55,684 nt of DNA from Candidatus Segetimicrobium genomatis (GCA_005882335.1 VBAP01000004.1:1-55684), one strand, 5' to 3'. Positions 9,758 through 19,477 are shown, counted from the first letter of the stretch. Numbers and translations are program-made. The notes: a model not told the origin generated them from the sequence alone.

Positions 9758-10918
9758 ATGCACGGCGCGATCCGGCTCGGGCGCATCCTGGGCGTCCCCA
9801 TCGGCGTGAACTACACCTGGTTCATCGCGCTGTGGGTCCTGGCGTGGTCGCTGGCGGCCGCCTATTACCCGGCGCGGTTCCCCGGGTTCCCCGCGTCGAC
9901 GTACTGGACGATGGGGCTGGCCTCCACGATCCTGTTGTTCGCGTCGGTGATCATCCACGAGTTGGGACACGCCGTGGCGGCGCGCCGCTACGGGATCCGC
10001 ACCCGCAGCATCATCCTCTTTCTCTTTGGCGGGGTCGCCCAGATCGCGAGGGATCCCCCCACACCACGCGCCGAGCTCGTGGTGGCGGCGGCGGGACCCC
10101 TCACCAGCCTCGCCCTGGGTGGACTGTTCGCGATCACGCATCCCCTCGCCGCCGGCAGCGCGCTTGGAGCAATCATCGCATATCTGGCCTGGGTCAACGC
10201 GGGGCTGGCCGGCTTCAACCTGATTCCAGGTTTCCCGCTGGACGGCGGCCGGATGCTGCGCGCCCTCATCTGGCGGGCCACCGGCAGCCTAGAGCGCGCG
10301 ACACTGATTGCCTCGAGAACCGGCCAGGTCGTGGCGATGCTGCTGATCGCCGCGGGGGTGATACGCGCGTTCACCGGCAGCGGCATCGGCGGATTATGGC
10401 TCATCCTCCTGGGTTGGTTCATGGACACCGGCGCGCAGGGCAGCTACCAGCAGGCCCTGCTGCGGGAGGCGCTGGGGAAGGTGCGCGTGGGGGACATCAT
10501 GACCCGGGAGGTCCATACCATTGATCCCGGTCTCACGTTGGACCAAGCCGTGGCCGACTATTTCCTGCCGCATAAGCACGGGGGCTTCCCGGTGGTATGG
10601 GGCGACCGCCTGCTGGGTGTCATCACGCTGCACGACGTCAGAGATGTGCCCCGCGAGCGGCGGGCGACGGCCACGGTACGCGACGCGATGACACCGCTGT
10701 CCCGGCTGCGCACGGTGCGGCCCTCCGCGTCGGCGTACGACGCCTTCGTGCGCATGGCGCAGGATGGGATCGGCAGGCTCCTGGTCACAGACCCCGACGG
10801 AAGCCTGATCGGCATCCTTACCCGTAGCGATCTCCTGCACATGATGCGCATGCGGGTGGAACTCGAGGAGACTAGCGCAGAAAGGACAGCAGCGACGTCA
10901 GCGCGACGGCCACCGTGA
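9758..10918 (+). CDS. Site-2 protease (M50) with CBS domains
   Basis: HELGH, NLIPGFPLDGG, TM segments and two CBS repeats; start could be GTG 9689. Confidence 0.93.
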   Translation: MHGAIRLGRILGVPIGVNYTWFIALWVLAWSLAAAYYPARFPGFPASTYWTMGLASTILLFASVIIHELGHAVAARRYGIRTRSIILFLFGGVAQIARDPPTPRAELVVAAAGPLTSLALGGLFAITHPLAAGSALGAIIAYLAWVNAGLAGFNLIPGFPLDGGRMLRALIWRATGSLERATLIASRTGQVVAMLLIAAGVIRAFTGSGIGGLWLILLGWFMDTGAQGSYQQALLREALGKVRVGDIMTREVHTIDPGLTLDQAVADYFLPHKHGGFPVVWGDRLLGVITLHDVRDVPRERRATATVRDAMTPLSRLRTVRPSASAYDAFVRMAQDGIGRLLVTDPDGSLIGILTRSDLLHMMRMRVELEETSAERTAATSARRPP

Positions 10919-11399
10919 GCAACGCCGCGGCCGTGGGGAGACATCCGCGCCGCGTCTGGGACGACCCACCCGTGGACCGGCGCACCGACAGCCGCGTAGC
11001 CTTCTTGAAATGGTCCACCGCATCGCCGACGCGGCCCATCTGCTTGTAGAGAATCCCGAGATTCTGGTGGGCGATCGCATAGTCGGGATCGATGGCTAGC
11101 GCTCGCTCGTACGCGACCAGCGCTTCTGACAGCATCCCCTTTTCGCGGTACGCATTCCCAAGGTTGCTGTACGCAGGAGCGTAGGTAGGCCGCAGGCTCA
11201 GGGCTTTGGAGAACTCGGCAATCGCCTCGTCCAGCCGGCCCTGCTGCGCCAGAACGACCCCCAGCTTGCTTCGCGCAACCGCCGAGTCAGGAGCGGCTTC
11301 CAGCGCCTGGCGAAACGCGCGCTCGGCGGCGGCGTGCTCACCTGCCTGCAGGTGGCGCTCAGCCTCCTCAAGCAATTCCCTCGCTTCGCCCTCAGCCAT
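10872..11399 (-). CDS. TPR-repeat protein with C-terminal hydrophobic tail
   Basis: About 4 TPRs (AYSNLGNAY, AHQNLGILY) and tail LPTAAALLTVAVALTSLLSFLR; RBS GGAGTGG. Confidence 0.85.
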   Translation of the reverse strand: MAEGEARELLEEAERHLQAGEHAAAERAFRQALEAAPDSAVARSKLGVVLAQQGRLDEAIAEFSKALSLRPTYAPAYSNLGNAYREKGMLSEALVAYERALAIDPDYAIAHQNLGILYKQMGRVGDAVDHFKKATRLSVRRSTGGSSQTRRGCLPTAAALLTVAVALTSLLSFLR

Positions 11400-11495
11400 G
11401 CCGGTCTACGCCCGCACCGACACTTCCACTCCAGGCGGGGGGTCCCTCTCCGACCGTGGACGGAGGCCGTGGACGCGAGGCCTATAGTGTGACTG

Positions 11496-11559
11496 CGGAG
11501 CCACCAGGCCGCTAGTCCGGGCTTTTCAACCAGGTAAGCTAGGAGCGGCTTTTCGGTCG
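11496..11559 (+). repeat. 64-nt dispersed structured element, copy 1
   Basis: Ungapped match to 25264-25327 and 48386-48449; 43 of 64 positions invariant across the three. Confidence 0.85.
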
Positions 11560-11587
11560 AGGCGACCAGGTTCCGCGTGCGGCGGCG

Positions 11588-12079
11588 TTAGCGATGACCG
11601 ACAGTCTCGGCAGCGCGCTCAGCAGACAGCCAGAGAGGCAGCACGTCGAAATCGTCCTCGTCCGCCGCCGACGCAACAGGTTCCCGCTCCAACGCCTCTG
11701 CGGCCACCAGCGCGGCCGCCGCGTTCTGCTCGCGGGGGATGAGCTCGACGCTGCTCCAGCGATATGCATTCAGCATGGCCTTCGTCTGCAGGTACGGCCC
11801 GATGAGGTCAGCTGGCACCTCCGCGTCGCCCCTGAGTTGCGCGACCATCTTCGGGTGCTCTGTAAGCACACGGATCCGCCGCACGCCTAACCGCTTCGCC
11901 GTCCACACGCCATGGAGCACGGCCCGGTAGGCGACGACGTCCGGTGACGCTGGTCTCAGTGTCCGGCCGACGACTCGCAGCGTCTGTCCATCGCTGTCGC
12001 GAATGACGACGCCCAGCGCTGCACGGCCGTTCCCTAACGCAATGCTGGTATAGATCTCCACTGCCTGCACCGGGATCAA
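11588..12079 (-). CDS. RNase HI-like fold protein with degenerate active site
   Basis: Aligns by eye to type-1 RNase HI (IYTSIA..G.AALGVVI; VAY; TEH; IPREQN.AA); TTG start with GGAGG RBS, overlapping the upstream stop. Confidence 0.8.
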   Translation of the reverse strand: MIPVQAVEIYTSIALGNGRAALGVVIRDSDGQTLRVVGRTLRPASPDVVAYRAVLHGVWTAKRLGVRRIRVLTEHPKMVAQLRGDAEVPADLIGPYLQTKAMLNAYRWSSVELIPREQNAAAALVAAEALEREPVASAADEDDFDVLPLWLSAERAAETVGHR

Positions 12080-12273
12080 GGCACCTCCAGCATCATCACC
12101 AGCAGGAGCAGACCTGCAATCATGAACATCTTTACCCCAATCAGGTCGCGGTCATCGGCGAGTCGCGCCCAGAGGTTCGTTCGCGGCCTCGACCTCTGAG
12201 GCGAAAGCAGCCTGGGCATCACGCGCAGCCTGCTGGCGGGGATTCCTCGGACGGCGACCGCGCGCACGCTCAT
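12076..12273 (-). CDS. Small protein with one C-terminal TM segment, coupled to lexA
   Basis: 65 aa; ATGA overlap with the lexA stop and TTGA overlap with the next gene; hydrophobic LIGVKMFMIAGLLLLVMML. Confidence 0.7.
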   Translation of the reverse strand: MSVRAVAVRGIPASRLRVMPRLLSPQRSRPRTNLWARLADDRDLIGVKMFMIAGLLLLVMMLEVP

Positions 12274-12899
12274 GCCTGTCCTCCCGCGTACCGCCGTAAC
12301 AGCCCCACGACCTTGCCGATGATCTCGAACTCGCCGCGAATCGGAGCGTAGCGGGGGTTCTCCGGCACCAGGTACGGCTGCCGCCCCTCATACGCCAGCC
12401 GTTTGACGGTGGCCTCCTCACCGATCAGCGCCACGACGATCTCATCCGGATCGGCGGCGGGCTGCGAGCGGACGATCACCATGTCGCCATCGTAGATGCC
12501 GGCATGGATCATGCTGTCCCCGCGGACGGTCAGGAGGAAGCAGTTCTCGTCGTGCCAGCCGACCATCTTGCGGGGAACGGGGATCATGTCTTCGACGTTT
12601 TCCTCTGCCAGGATCGGGACGCCGGCGGACACGCGGCCGACCAGCGGCAGATGTGCGACCTGATCACCGCTGGGAAGGATCCGTTTGTCCAGCACCTCCA
12701 GCACGCGCATCCGATCGCCGTCTCGCTTGACATATCCCTTGCGCTCCAATGCCAGCAAGTGCTGGTGGACCGTGGACGGCGACCGCATCCCCAGCGCCTG
12801 ACCGATCTCGCGAACAGACGGGACGATGCCGTTGCGTCGAATAGACGTGGCAATGTGCTCCAAGACCTGCCGCTGCCTGTCTGTCAGTGGCGTAGCCAT
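12270..12899 (-). CDS. lexA: SOS repressor LexA
   Basis: N-terminal wHTH (LTDRQRQVL), cleavage site SAG, GDSM serine and TVK lysine. Confidence 0.97.
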   Translation of the reverse strand: MATPLTDRQRQVLEHIATSIRRNGIVPSVREIGQALGMRSPSTVHQHLLALERKGYVKRDGDRMRVLEVLDKRILPSGDQVAHLPLVGRVSAGVPILAEENVEDMIPVPRKMVGWHDENCFLLTVRGDSMIHAGIYDGDMVIVRSQPAADPDEIVVALIGEEATVKRLAYEGRQPYLVPENPRYAPIRGEFEIIGKVVGLLRRYAGGQA

Positions 12900-12919
12900 C
12901 GCTTTCACCCCCATCAACT

Positions 12920-12948
12920 AATATAGCGAACGTATGTACGAATATCAA
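12920..12948 (-). promoter_or_regulatory. lexA promoter
   Basis: TTGATA (12948-12943), 17 nt, TATATT (12925-12920). Confidence 0.75.
12927..12940. promoter_or_regulatory. LexA box (CGAAC-N4-GTTCG type) in the promoter spacer
   Basis: CGAAC-GTAT-GTACG, one mismatch to the Gram-positive consensus. Confidence 0.8.
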
Positions 12949-12981
12949 TGGGTGGGATAGTAGCCAATTAGCGAAATATAC

Positions 12982-12995
12982 AGAACATTCGTGCG
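12982..12995. promoter_or_regulatory. Second, weaker LexA box
   Basis: AGAAC-ATTC-GTGCG. Confidence 0.55.
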
Positions 12996-13109
12996 TAATT
13001 GTGGTCCGGGCCTGTCGAGCTCGATTTCGCTCGTTCTTGGGCCGGATTTCGCGGCCGCACGCAGAGCAGGCGCGCCTTTGGCGCAATATCCAGCGGGGAA
13101 CACCGTCTT

Positions 13110-13130
13110 CAAAGGGGTCAGACCCCTTTG
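13110..13130. repeat. REP-like perfect palindrome
   Basis: CAAAGGGGTC-A-GACCCCTTTG, downstream of the threonine dehydratase gene; partial echo GGGGTCTG at about 13138. Confidence 0.6.
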
Positions 13131-13174
13131 ATGTTACGGGGTCTGCAGATCCTGCATGAGCGTTGGCCGAGCGG

Positions 13175-14101
13175 TTAGCTCGAAGTGAGGAGCCGGGAAA
13201 TCAGCTGCGGCTCGGCGTTACCACCGCTGACGACTGCCACAGCATGGACACCGGAAGCGCGCATCCCTAAAGCAGCTGCTACCGCCACTGCGCCGGACGG
13301 TTCCACGATGATGTTGCCGTCGGCCAGCAACCGCCGGACGGCGGCCAGGGTCTCTTCGTCGGATACGGCCATGAACTCGTCTACGTACTGGTTCGCGATC
13401 TCCCAGGTGAGCTTGCCCGGCGTCAGTACGCGCAGCCCGTCCGCAATCGTTTCGGCCTGCTTCAGCACCACCGGCTTCCCGGCTGCGCGCGAGCGGGCAA
13501 ACCGAGGGGCGCCGGCGGGTTCGACGCCGACCACGCGGGCGGTCGGCCGCAGCGCTCTGACGGCCGTCGCTACTCCGGAAATCAAGCCGCCACCGCTCAC
13601 CGGGACAAGCACCACCGTGACCTCAGGATGCTGCTCCACAATCTCAAGGCCGGCGGTGCCCTGACCGGCCACGATCAATGGATCGTCGAATGGCGGCACA
13701 TAATGCAACCGGCGCCGTTCCGCCAGCTCCTGCGCATAGGCGACACGTTCCTCTGAATAGCGACCATAGCGGATCAGTTCGGCGCCGAACGCCGTAATCG
13801 CCTGGGCCTTAGCGGACACCACGTCCTCCGGCACCACCACGACGGCCCGCAAACCCAGTGTCTTCGCCACATACGCGACGGCCTTGCCATGATTGCCCGA
13901 CGAGGCCGTCACGACGCCGCCCTGGCACTGCTCGGGCAGGGCGAGCACATGGTTGAAGGCCCCGCGGGCTTTGAACGAGCCGGTCACCTGCAAACTCTCC
14001 AGTTTGAGCAGCGGCCCTCCCGGCAGGGGATGCAACGGCGTGCGGACGACGTAGGGGGCGATTCGCGCGCGGGCGGCGTGGATATCGCGCAGAGAGACCA
14101 C
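13175..14101 (-). CDS. Threonine/serine dehydratase (PLP)
   Basis: LKLESLQVTGSFKARGA, SSGNHG and VPVSGGGLISG; start re-picked at GTG 14101. Confidence 0.9.
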   Translation of the reverse strand: MVSLRDIHAARARIAPYVVRTPLHPLPGGPLLKLESLQVTGSFKARGAFNHVLALPEQCQGGVVTASSGNHGKAVAYVAKTLGLRAVVVVPEDVVSAKAQAITAFGAELIRYGRYSEERVAYAQELAERRRLHYVPPFDDPLIVAGQGTAGLEIVEQHPEVTVVLVPVSGGGLISGVATAVRALRPTARVVGVEPAGAPRFARSRAAGKPVVLKQAETIADGLRVLTPGKLTWEIANQYVDEFMAVSDEETLAAVRRLLADGNIIVEPSGAVAVAAALGMRASGVHAVAVVSGGNAEPQLISRLLTSS

Positions 14102-14102
14102 G

Positions 14103-14195
14103 GAACTAACGGAAACGCGGGATCGCGGGATCGCGGGAACAACTGCTACAAACGCGAATAGGCGCGTTTCCGCGTTTCCCCGTTCCTGCGTTCCC
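14103..14195. repeat. Inverted tandem-repeat cassette, 8-mer GCGGGAAC family
   Basis: Left CGCGGGAT CGCGGGAT CGCGGGAA; right GCGTTTCC GCGTTTCC CCGTTCCT GCGTTCCC; after the gcvPB stop. Confidence 0.88.
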
Positions 14196-14200
14196 AACAG

Positions 14201-15685
14201 TCAGCGTGGTTTCCACCGCAGGTCGGGCTGGCGGGCGGCGCGCACCTCGTCGAGCCGTTTCACCGGCGTGGAGTGCGGGGCGGTCTTGACGACTTCCGGA
14301 TCGTCCTGCGCCTCGCGGGCGATCGCCAGCATGGCATCGGCAAACTCATCGAGCGTGCGCTTACTCTCCGTCTCCGTGGGCTCGATCATGATGGCTTCTT
14401 CCACGATGAGTGGGAAGTAGATGGTGGGCGCGTGGAACCCGTAGTCGAGGATGCGCTTGGCCATGTCGCGCGTCGCCACGCCGTGCTGCCTCTTCTGGCG
14501 GGCCCCCGACAACACGAACTCGTGCTTGCAAAGACGGTCGTATGGGAGATCGAACCGGCTGCGCAGCCGCGCCAGCAGATAGTTGGCATTGAGGACGGCG
14601 GTCTCGGCGACCTGGCGCAGCCCGTCGGCTCCCATGGAGCGGATGTAGGCATAGGCCCGCACCAGGTTGCCGAAGTTGCCGTAGAAGGCGCGGATCTTGC
14701 CGATGGACTGCGGCCGCTGGTCGTCGAGGCGAAAGCGCTCGCCATCGCGTTCGATGACCGGCACCGGGAGAAACGGCGCCAGGTGCGCCTTCACACCCAC
14801 CGCGCCGGCCCCGGGTCCACCGCCGCCGTGGGGAGTAGTAAACGTCTTGTGCAGGTTCATGTGCATGACGTCAAAACCTTGATCGCCCGGGCGGGTCACA
14901 CCCAGAACGGCGTTGAAATTCGCCCCATCCAGGTACAGCTGGCCGCCGGCGCGGTGCACGATCTCCTCGACGTCCAGGATGGGTTCTTCAAACAACCCCA
15001 GCGTATTCGGGTTAGTCAACATGATCGCGGCCACGGAGCCGTCCATGGCCTCGCGCAGGGCGCGGACGTCCATGTTACCCCTGGCGTCGGATTTTACGGT
15101 GACGACCTGATAGCCGACCATGGCGGCGGTGGCGGGATTGGTGCCGTGCGCGGAGTCCGGCACGATGACCTTGGTACGCCGTTCCCCACGCGTTTCGAAG
15201 TACGCGCGGATCATCAGCAGCCCCGTGAGTTCACCGTGAGCACCGGCCGCGGGCTGGAAGGTCACGCGGTCCATTCCGCTGATCTCCGCCAGCAGCTCCT
15301 CCAGTTCGCAGATCAGCCGCAGGGCGCCCTGGGCCCCTTCGGCAGGCGCGTACGGGTGCAGTCGCGCAAAGCCCGCCAGGCGCGCCGCGTCCTCATGAAT
15401 CTTGGGGTTGTACTTCATCGTACAGGAGCCAAGCGGATAAAAGCCTTCGTCAATGCTGAAGTTGCGGTGCGACAGGCGCGTGTAGTGACGCACCACGTCG
15501 AGCTCGCTGACCTCCGGCAGCGCGGCCGGCTCTTTGCGCAGTTGGGAGGCGGGGATCAATTGTTCCAACGGTGTGTCCGGGACGTCGGGGTTAGGATACG
15601 AGGATCCGACCCGCCCCGGGACGCTGAAGTCGAAGATGACCGGGAAGTCGCGAGGCCTGCCCTGAGCGTTGTCGAAGGGCGTCAT
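14201..15685 (-). CDS. gcvPB: Glycine dehydrogenase subunit 2
   Basis: [13 protein letters not shown] and [11 protein letters not shown] site; ATG 15685 overlaps the gcvPA stop (ATGA). Confidence 0.96.
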   Translation of the reverse strand: MTPFDNAQGRPRDFPVIFDFSVPGRVGSSYPNPDVPDTPLEQLIPASQLRKEPAALPEVSELDVVRHYTRLSHRNFSIDEGFYPLGSCTMKYNPKIHEDAARLAGFARLHPYAPAEGAQGALRLICELEELLAEISGMDRVTFQPAAGAHGELTGLLMIRAYFETRGERRTKVIVPDSAHGTNPATAAMVGYQVVTVKSDARGNMDVRALREAMDGSVAAIMLTNPNTLGLFEEPILDVEEIVHRAGGQLYLDGANFNAVLGVTRPGDQGFDVMHMNLHKTFTTPHGGGGPGAGAVGVKAHLAPFLPVPVIERDGERFRLDDQRPQSIGKIRAFYGNFGNLVRAYAYIRSMGADGLRQVAETAVLNANYLLARLRSRFDLPYDRLCKHEFVLSGARQKRQHGVATRDMAKRILDYGFHAPTIYFPLIVEEAIMIEPTETESKRTLDEFADAMLAIAREAQDDPEVVKTAPHSTPVKRLDEVRAARQPDLRWKPR

Positions 15686-17082
15686 CGGAAGCCCTCGAGC
15701 AGCGCTACCAGCCGGTCGATCTCCGCCTTCGTGCGCTGCTCCGTGACGCAGACCAGCCACGCGTCGGAGAGCTCCGGATACCAGCGCCCCAGCGGCGCGC
15801 CGCCCAGGATGCCTGCAGCGAGCAGGCGCCGGTTGACCTCCTCCGGAGCGAGCGGGGTCCGGACCACGAACTCGTTGAACGTCGGCACTTCGAAGGCGAG
15901 CCGGAACTTCGGGATCTCGCGGATCGCCTCCCGCGCATAGGCGGCCTTGCGCAGATTCAGCTCGGACACCTTCCGGAAGCCTGCCTTGCCCAACGACGCC
16001 ATGTAGATCGCCGCGGCCAGCGCCAGGAGCGCCTCGTTCGTGCAGATGTTGGAACTGGCCTTCTCCCGGCGGATGTGCTGCTCGCGCGTTTGCAGTGTCA
16101 GCACGAAACCGCGGCGGCCTTCGGCATCCACGGTGGCCCCTACCAGCCGGCCGGGGATGCGCCGGACGAACTCCTGCCGCGTCGCCAGCATGCCCAGATA
16201 CGGCCCGCCAAAGTTGAGGTGGTTGCCGAGTGGCTGGCCCTCTCCGGCCACGATGTCGGCGCCCCATGCCCCGGGCGGCTCCAGGATCCCCAGCGACAAC
16301 GGCTCAGCCACCGCACACACCAGCAGCGCGCCGGCACGGTGCGCGAGCTCCGCGCACGCGGCGCCATCCTCCAGGCAGCCGAAAAAGTTCGGATGCTGGA
16401 TGATGATCGCGGCGGTCCGTGGGGAGAGCGCGCGGGCCACCGCATCCAGATCGGTCAGTCCATGACGGTAGGGGATCTCGGTGACGCGGAGGCCCAGGGG
16501 CGCGGTGTAGGTGCGGATGACCTGACGGTACTCCGGGTGGACGGCCGTGCTCACCAGCACCTCCCCGCGCCCGGTGAGGTCCTTGGCCATCACCGCCGCC
16601 TCCGCCGCCGCCGACGCGCCATCATACATCGAGGCGTTGGCAACGCCCATGCCCGTGATCTCGCACAGCATGCTTTGGTACTCGTAGCCCGCCTGCAGCT
16701 CGCCCTGCATCAACTCCGCCTGATACGGTGTGTAGGCGGTGAGGAACTCGCCGCGGCCGGCCAGGTGCCAGACCACGCTGGGGACGTAGTGATCGTACGC
16801 GCCGGCCCCCAGAAAACAGACCGCCCGGTCGCTGTGCACGTTTGCATCGGCCATGGCACGCAACTGCGCCATCAGTTCCGGATCGCTGAGGGCGGGCGGC
16901 AGGCGCAGGGGCCGATCCAGGCGGACTCGGGAGGGGATATCGGCGAACAGTTCTTCCACCGATGCGGCGCCGATGGTCCGGAGCATCTCCTCCCGCTCGG
17001 CGTCGGTGGCCGGAATGTATTTGTGCTGCGTTCTCCGTTCCACGCCGGTGGTGACGTTGCCGCCTCTGCCCCGCGGGGTCAT
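15682..17082 (-). CDS. gcvPA: Glycine dehydrogenase subunit 1
   Basis: [25 protein letters not shown] and [17 protein letters not shown]. Confidence 0.96.
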   Translation of the reverse strand: MTPRGRGGNVTTGVERRTQHKYIPATDAEREEMLRTIGAASVEELFADIPSRVRLDRPLRLPPALSDPELMAQLRAMADANVHSDRAVCFLGAGAYDHYVPSVVWHLAGRGEFLTAYTPYQAELMQGELQAGYEYQSMLCEITGMGVANASMYDGASAAAEAAVMAKDLTGRGEVLVSTAVHPEYRQVIRTYTAPLGLRVTEIPYRHGLTDLDAVARALSPRTAAIIIQHPNFFGCLEDGAACAELAHRAGALLVCAVAEPLSLGILEPPGAWGADIVAGEGQPLGNHLNFGGPYLGMLATRQEFVRRIPGRLVGATVDAEGRRGFVLTLQTREQHIRREKASSNICTNEALLALAAAIYMASLGKAGFRKVSELNLRKAAYAREAIREIPKFRLAFEVPTFNEFVVRTPLAPEEVNRRLLAAGILGGAPLGRWYPELSDAWLVCVTEQRTKAEIDRLVALLEGFR

Positions 17083-17465
17083 GGCGCGGCCTCCCCAATG
17101 GCGACCACATACTGGTCCACGGGCATTAACCGCTCGAGCTCGCGCAGATCATCCGGTTGCACGACGATCATCCAGCCCTTGCCATACGGGTCTGAGTTTA
17201 CCACCTCCGGTGAGTCCACCAGTGCAGGATTCACCTCGACCACAGTCCCGCTGAGGGGCGCGTACAGATCGGATACCGCCTTCACCGACTCGACCACGCC
17301 GAATGGCTGCATGAACGTGACCTTCGCGCCGGCTGCCGGCAGCTCAACGAACACCACGTCGGTCAGGCGGTCGGCCGCGAACCTGGTGATCCCCACGCGC
17401 ACTCGCCCGCCTTCGACGCGCACCCATTCGTGCTCGCTACTGTAGCGTAAGTCTTTAGGATACAT
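17079..17465 (-). CDS. gcvH: Glycine cleavage H protein
   Basis: HEWV and VESVKAVSD lipoyl lysine. Confidence 0.97.
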   Translation of the reverse strand: MYPKDLRYSSEHEWVRVEGGRVRVGITRFAADRLTDVVFVELPAAGAKVTFMQPFGVVESVKAVSDLYAPLSGTVVEVNPALVDSPEVVNSDPYGKGWMIVVQPDDLRELERLMPVDQYVVAIGEAAP

Positions 17466-17477
17466 CCTCGCCCCCAG

Positions 17478-17567
17478 AGTTGGAAAGTTGGAGAGTTGAA
17501 AAGTGGAAGAGTCAACGCATCTGGCGCTTCAACTCTCCAACTCTTTGACTCTCCAACTCTTCAACTT
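17478..17567. repeat. Inverted tandem-repeat cassette, 8-mer AGTTGGAA family
   Basis: Left AGTTGGAA AGTTGGAG AGTTGAAA AGTGGAAG; right TTCAACTC TCCAACTC TTTGACTC TCCAACTC TTCAACTT, containing the gcvT stop. Confidence 0.92.
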
Positions 17568-18658
17568 CTCCTGTAGAACGGCAGCTTCACGACTTTTGCT
17601 CCCGTGGGCCGGCCGCGGATGTCCACCTGCAGCGGCATGCCGACGGCGGCGTACTCGCGCGCGACGTAGCCCATGCCAATACTCTTGCGGACCCACGGCC
17701 CGAAGGTTCCACTGGTCACCTGGCCGGTGGGGCGACCCCCCGCCAGCAACGCATAACCATGGCGGGGCACGGCGCGCTCCATCATCTCAAATCCTACAAG
17801 CTTTCGGACCGCGCCGCGTTCCTTCTGGGCCAGCAGGGCCTCCCGCCCGATGAACTCACCTTTCTCAAACTTTATCGTCCATCCCAGCGGTGCCTCGAGC
17901 GGCGTGGTCGTCTCATCGATATCGTTCCCGTAGAGCATGTAGCCCGCTTCCAGCCGCAGCGTGTCCCGGGCGCCCAGCCCCGCCGGCACGAGACCGTCAG
18001 GGCCGCCGGTATCCATCAGCGCGCGCCACAGCACGGGCGCTGCGTTCCACTCGCAGGCGATCTCAAATCCATTTTCCCCGGTGTATCCGGTGCGTGCGAC
18101 CAGGCAGGCCAGCCCCGCCACCGCCATCCCCTCGGCGAGATGAAAGTAGGCCAGCTGGGTGAGATCGGCCCCGGTGAGCCGCCCCAGAATTGTCTCCGCC
18201 TTCGGTCCCTGCAGCGCCAGCAGCGCCAGTTCAGCGGAACGGTTGCGAGCCGTCGCGGCGCGGGTGTGCTCGGCGATCCACAGGAAGTCTCGCTCGGTAC
18301 GGGTCGCATTGACGACGAGGAGAAACCGGTCGCCGTGGAGCCGGAATACTGTGAGGTCGTCGATGATTCCGCCCGACGGCAGGCACATCGGCGAGTACAG
18401 GCCCCCGCCCGGGGTCAGCCGGCTGGCGTCGTTGGTGACCAGGCGCTGCACCGATTCCAACGCGCCGGGGCCGAAGATCTCTACCTCCCCCATGTGGGAA
18501 ACGTCAAACAGGCCGGCCGCCGTGCGCACCGCGTGGTGCTCCTCGACGATCCCGGCGTACTGCACCGGCATCTCCCATCCTCCAAACTCCACGATCCGGG
18601 CTCCGGCGGCCCGATGCACATCGTACAGGCTGGTGCGCTTGAGGTGTGTGATGGCCAT
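17561..18658 (-). CDS. gcvT: Aminomethyltransferase (glycine cleavage T protein)
   Basis: GLFDVSHMG, RTGYTGENGFE and GLGARDTLRLEAG. Confidence 0.97.
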   Translation of the reverse strand: MAITHLKRTSLYDVHRAAGARIVEFGGWEMPVQYAGIVEEHHAVRTAAGLFDVSHMGEVEIFGPGALESVQRLVTNDASRLTPGGGLYSPMCLPSGGIIDDLTVFRLHGDRFLLVVNATRTERDFLWIAEHTRAATARNRSAELALLALQGPKAETILGRLTGADLTQLAYFHLAEGMAVAGLACLVARTGYTGENGFEIACEWNAAPVLWRALMDTGGPDGLVPAGLGARDTLRLEAGYMLYGNDIDETTTPLEAPLGWTIKFEKGEFIGREALLAQKERGAVRKLVGFEMMERAVPRHGYALLAGGRPTGQVTSGTFGPWVRKSIGMGYVAREYAAVGMPLQVDIRGRPTGAKVVKLPFYRRS

Positions 18659-18664
18659 GATCGT

Positions 18665-19324
18665 TCAATCCCCAGTCCCCCCTTTCAGTTCAGCCTCCCG
18701 CCGCCGGAGCAGCGCGACGACTTCTTCGTCGGTCGTCTGCGCAAAATTTTCGTAGAACTGCCCGACGGCATAGAAGACCGGCGGCCTGTGCAGACAGACG
18801 ACGTCGTCGGCCTCGGCATGAAGCCGGTGCACTCCGTCCGCCGGCGCGACGGGAATGGCTACGACCAGCGAGGCCGGCCGCATCGCCCGCACCGCCCGCA
18901 GGGCGGCGATCATCGTTGATCCCGTGGCGATCCCATCGTCCACGACCACGGCGACCATGCCGGAGAGGTGGGGAGGTGGCCGGTCGCCTCGATATAGCAG
19001 CATCCGCCGCTTGACCTCGACACTCTGCTCGGCGATCTCCGAGCGCAGGTAGTCGTCGCTGACCCGCATCGCACCGACGAGTGCCTCATCCACATACACG
19101 CTCCCGTCGTGGGCGACGGCGCCGATGGCCAGCTCAGGGTTTCCTGGAGCCCGGAGTTTGCGCGGCACAACGACGTCCAGCGGCGCACGCAGCGCCACGG
19201 CCACCTCATAGCCGACGAGGACGCCACCGCGAGGGATCGCAAGAACGTGGGGCCGGCGGTCCCGATACACTCCAAGCGCCGCCGACAGTTGTTCCCCCGC
19301 CTCCCGGCGGTCGCGAAACAACAT
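18665..19324 (-). CDS. Phosphoribosyltransferase-family protein
   Basis: FRDRREAG, AIPRGG and VVVDDGIATG PRPP loop; start re-picked at ATG 19324. Confidence 0.9.
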   Translation of the reverse strand: MLFRDRREAGEQLSAALGVYRDRRPHVLAIPRGGVLVGYEVAVALRAPLDVVVPRKLRAPGNPELAIGAVAHDGSVYVDEALVGAMRVSDDYLRSEIAEQSVEVKRRMLLYRGDRPPPHLSGMVAVVVDDGIATGSTMIAALRAVRAMRPASLVVAIPVAPADGVHRLHAEADDVVCLHRPPVFYAVGQFYENFAQTTDEEVVALLRRREAELKGGTGD

Positions 19325-19406
19325 CGCGCCCCACCTGTACAGCGGACTCAGCGCAGCCGACCGCTCTTCCTTCCACGAATCACAAGGGTTATCCTTGGCG
19401 TCGCGA

Positions 19407-19477
19407 GGGAAGAGGGAAAAGGGAAGAAGGAACACGGGGCTGTTCCCTCTTCCTTCTTCCCTCTTCCTTATTCCTTT
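19407..19477. repeat. Inverted tandem-repeat cassette, 7-mer GGGAAGA family
   Basis: Left GGGAAGA GGGAAAA GGGAAGA AGGAACA; right TTCCCTC TTCCTTC TTCCCTC TTCCTTA TTCCTTT, containing the decarboxylase stop. Confidence 0.88.

Noticed and set aside
15686-16267. N-terminal extension making a 688-aa GcvPB
   Set aside because: It overlaps gcvPA out of frame; homology starts at ATG 15685, coupled to the gcvPA stop.
18659-19406. Glycine riboswitch upstream of gcvT
   Set aside because: No leader space before gcvT and no aptamer pattern upstream of the PRTase gene.
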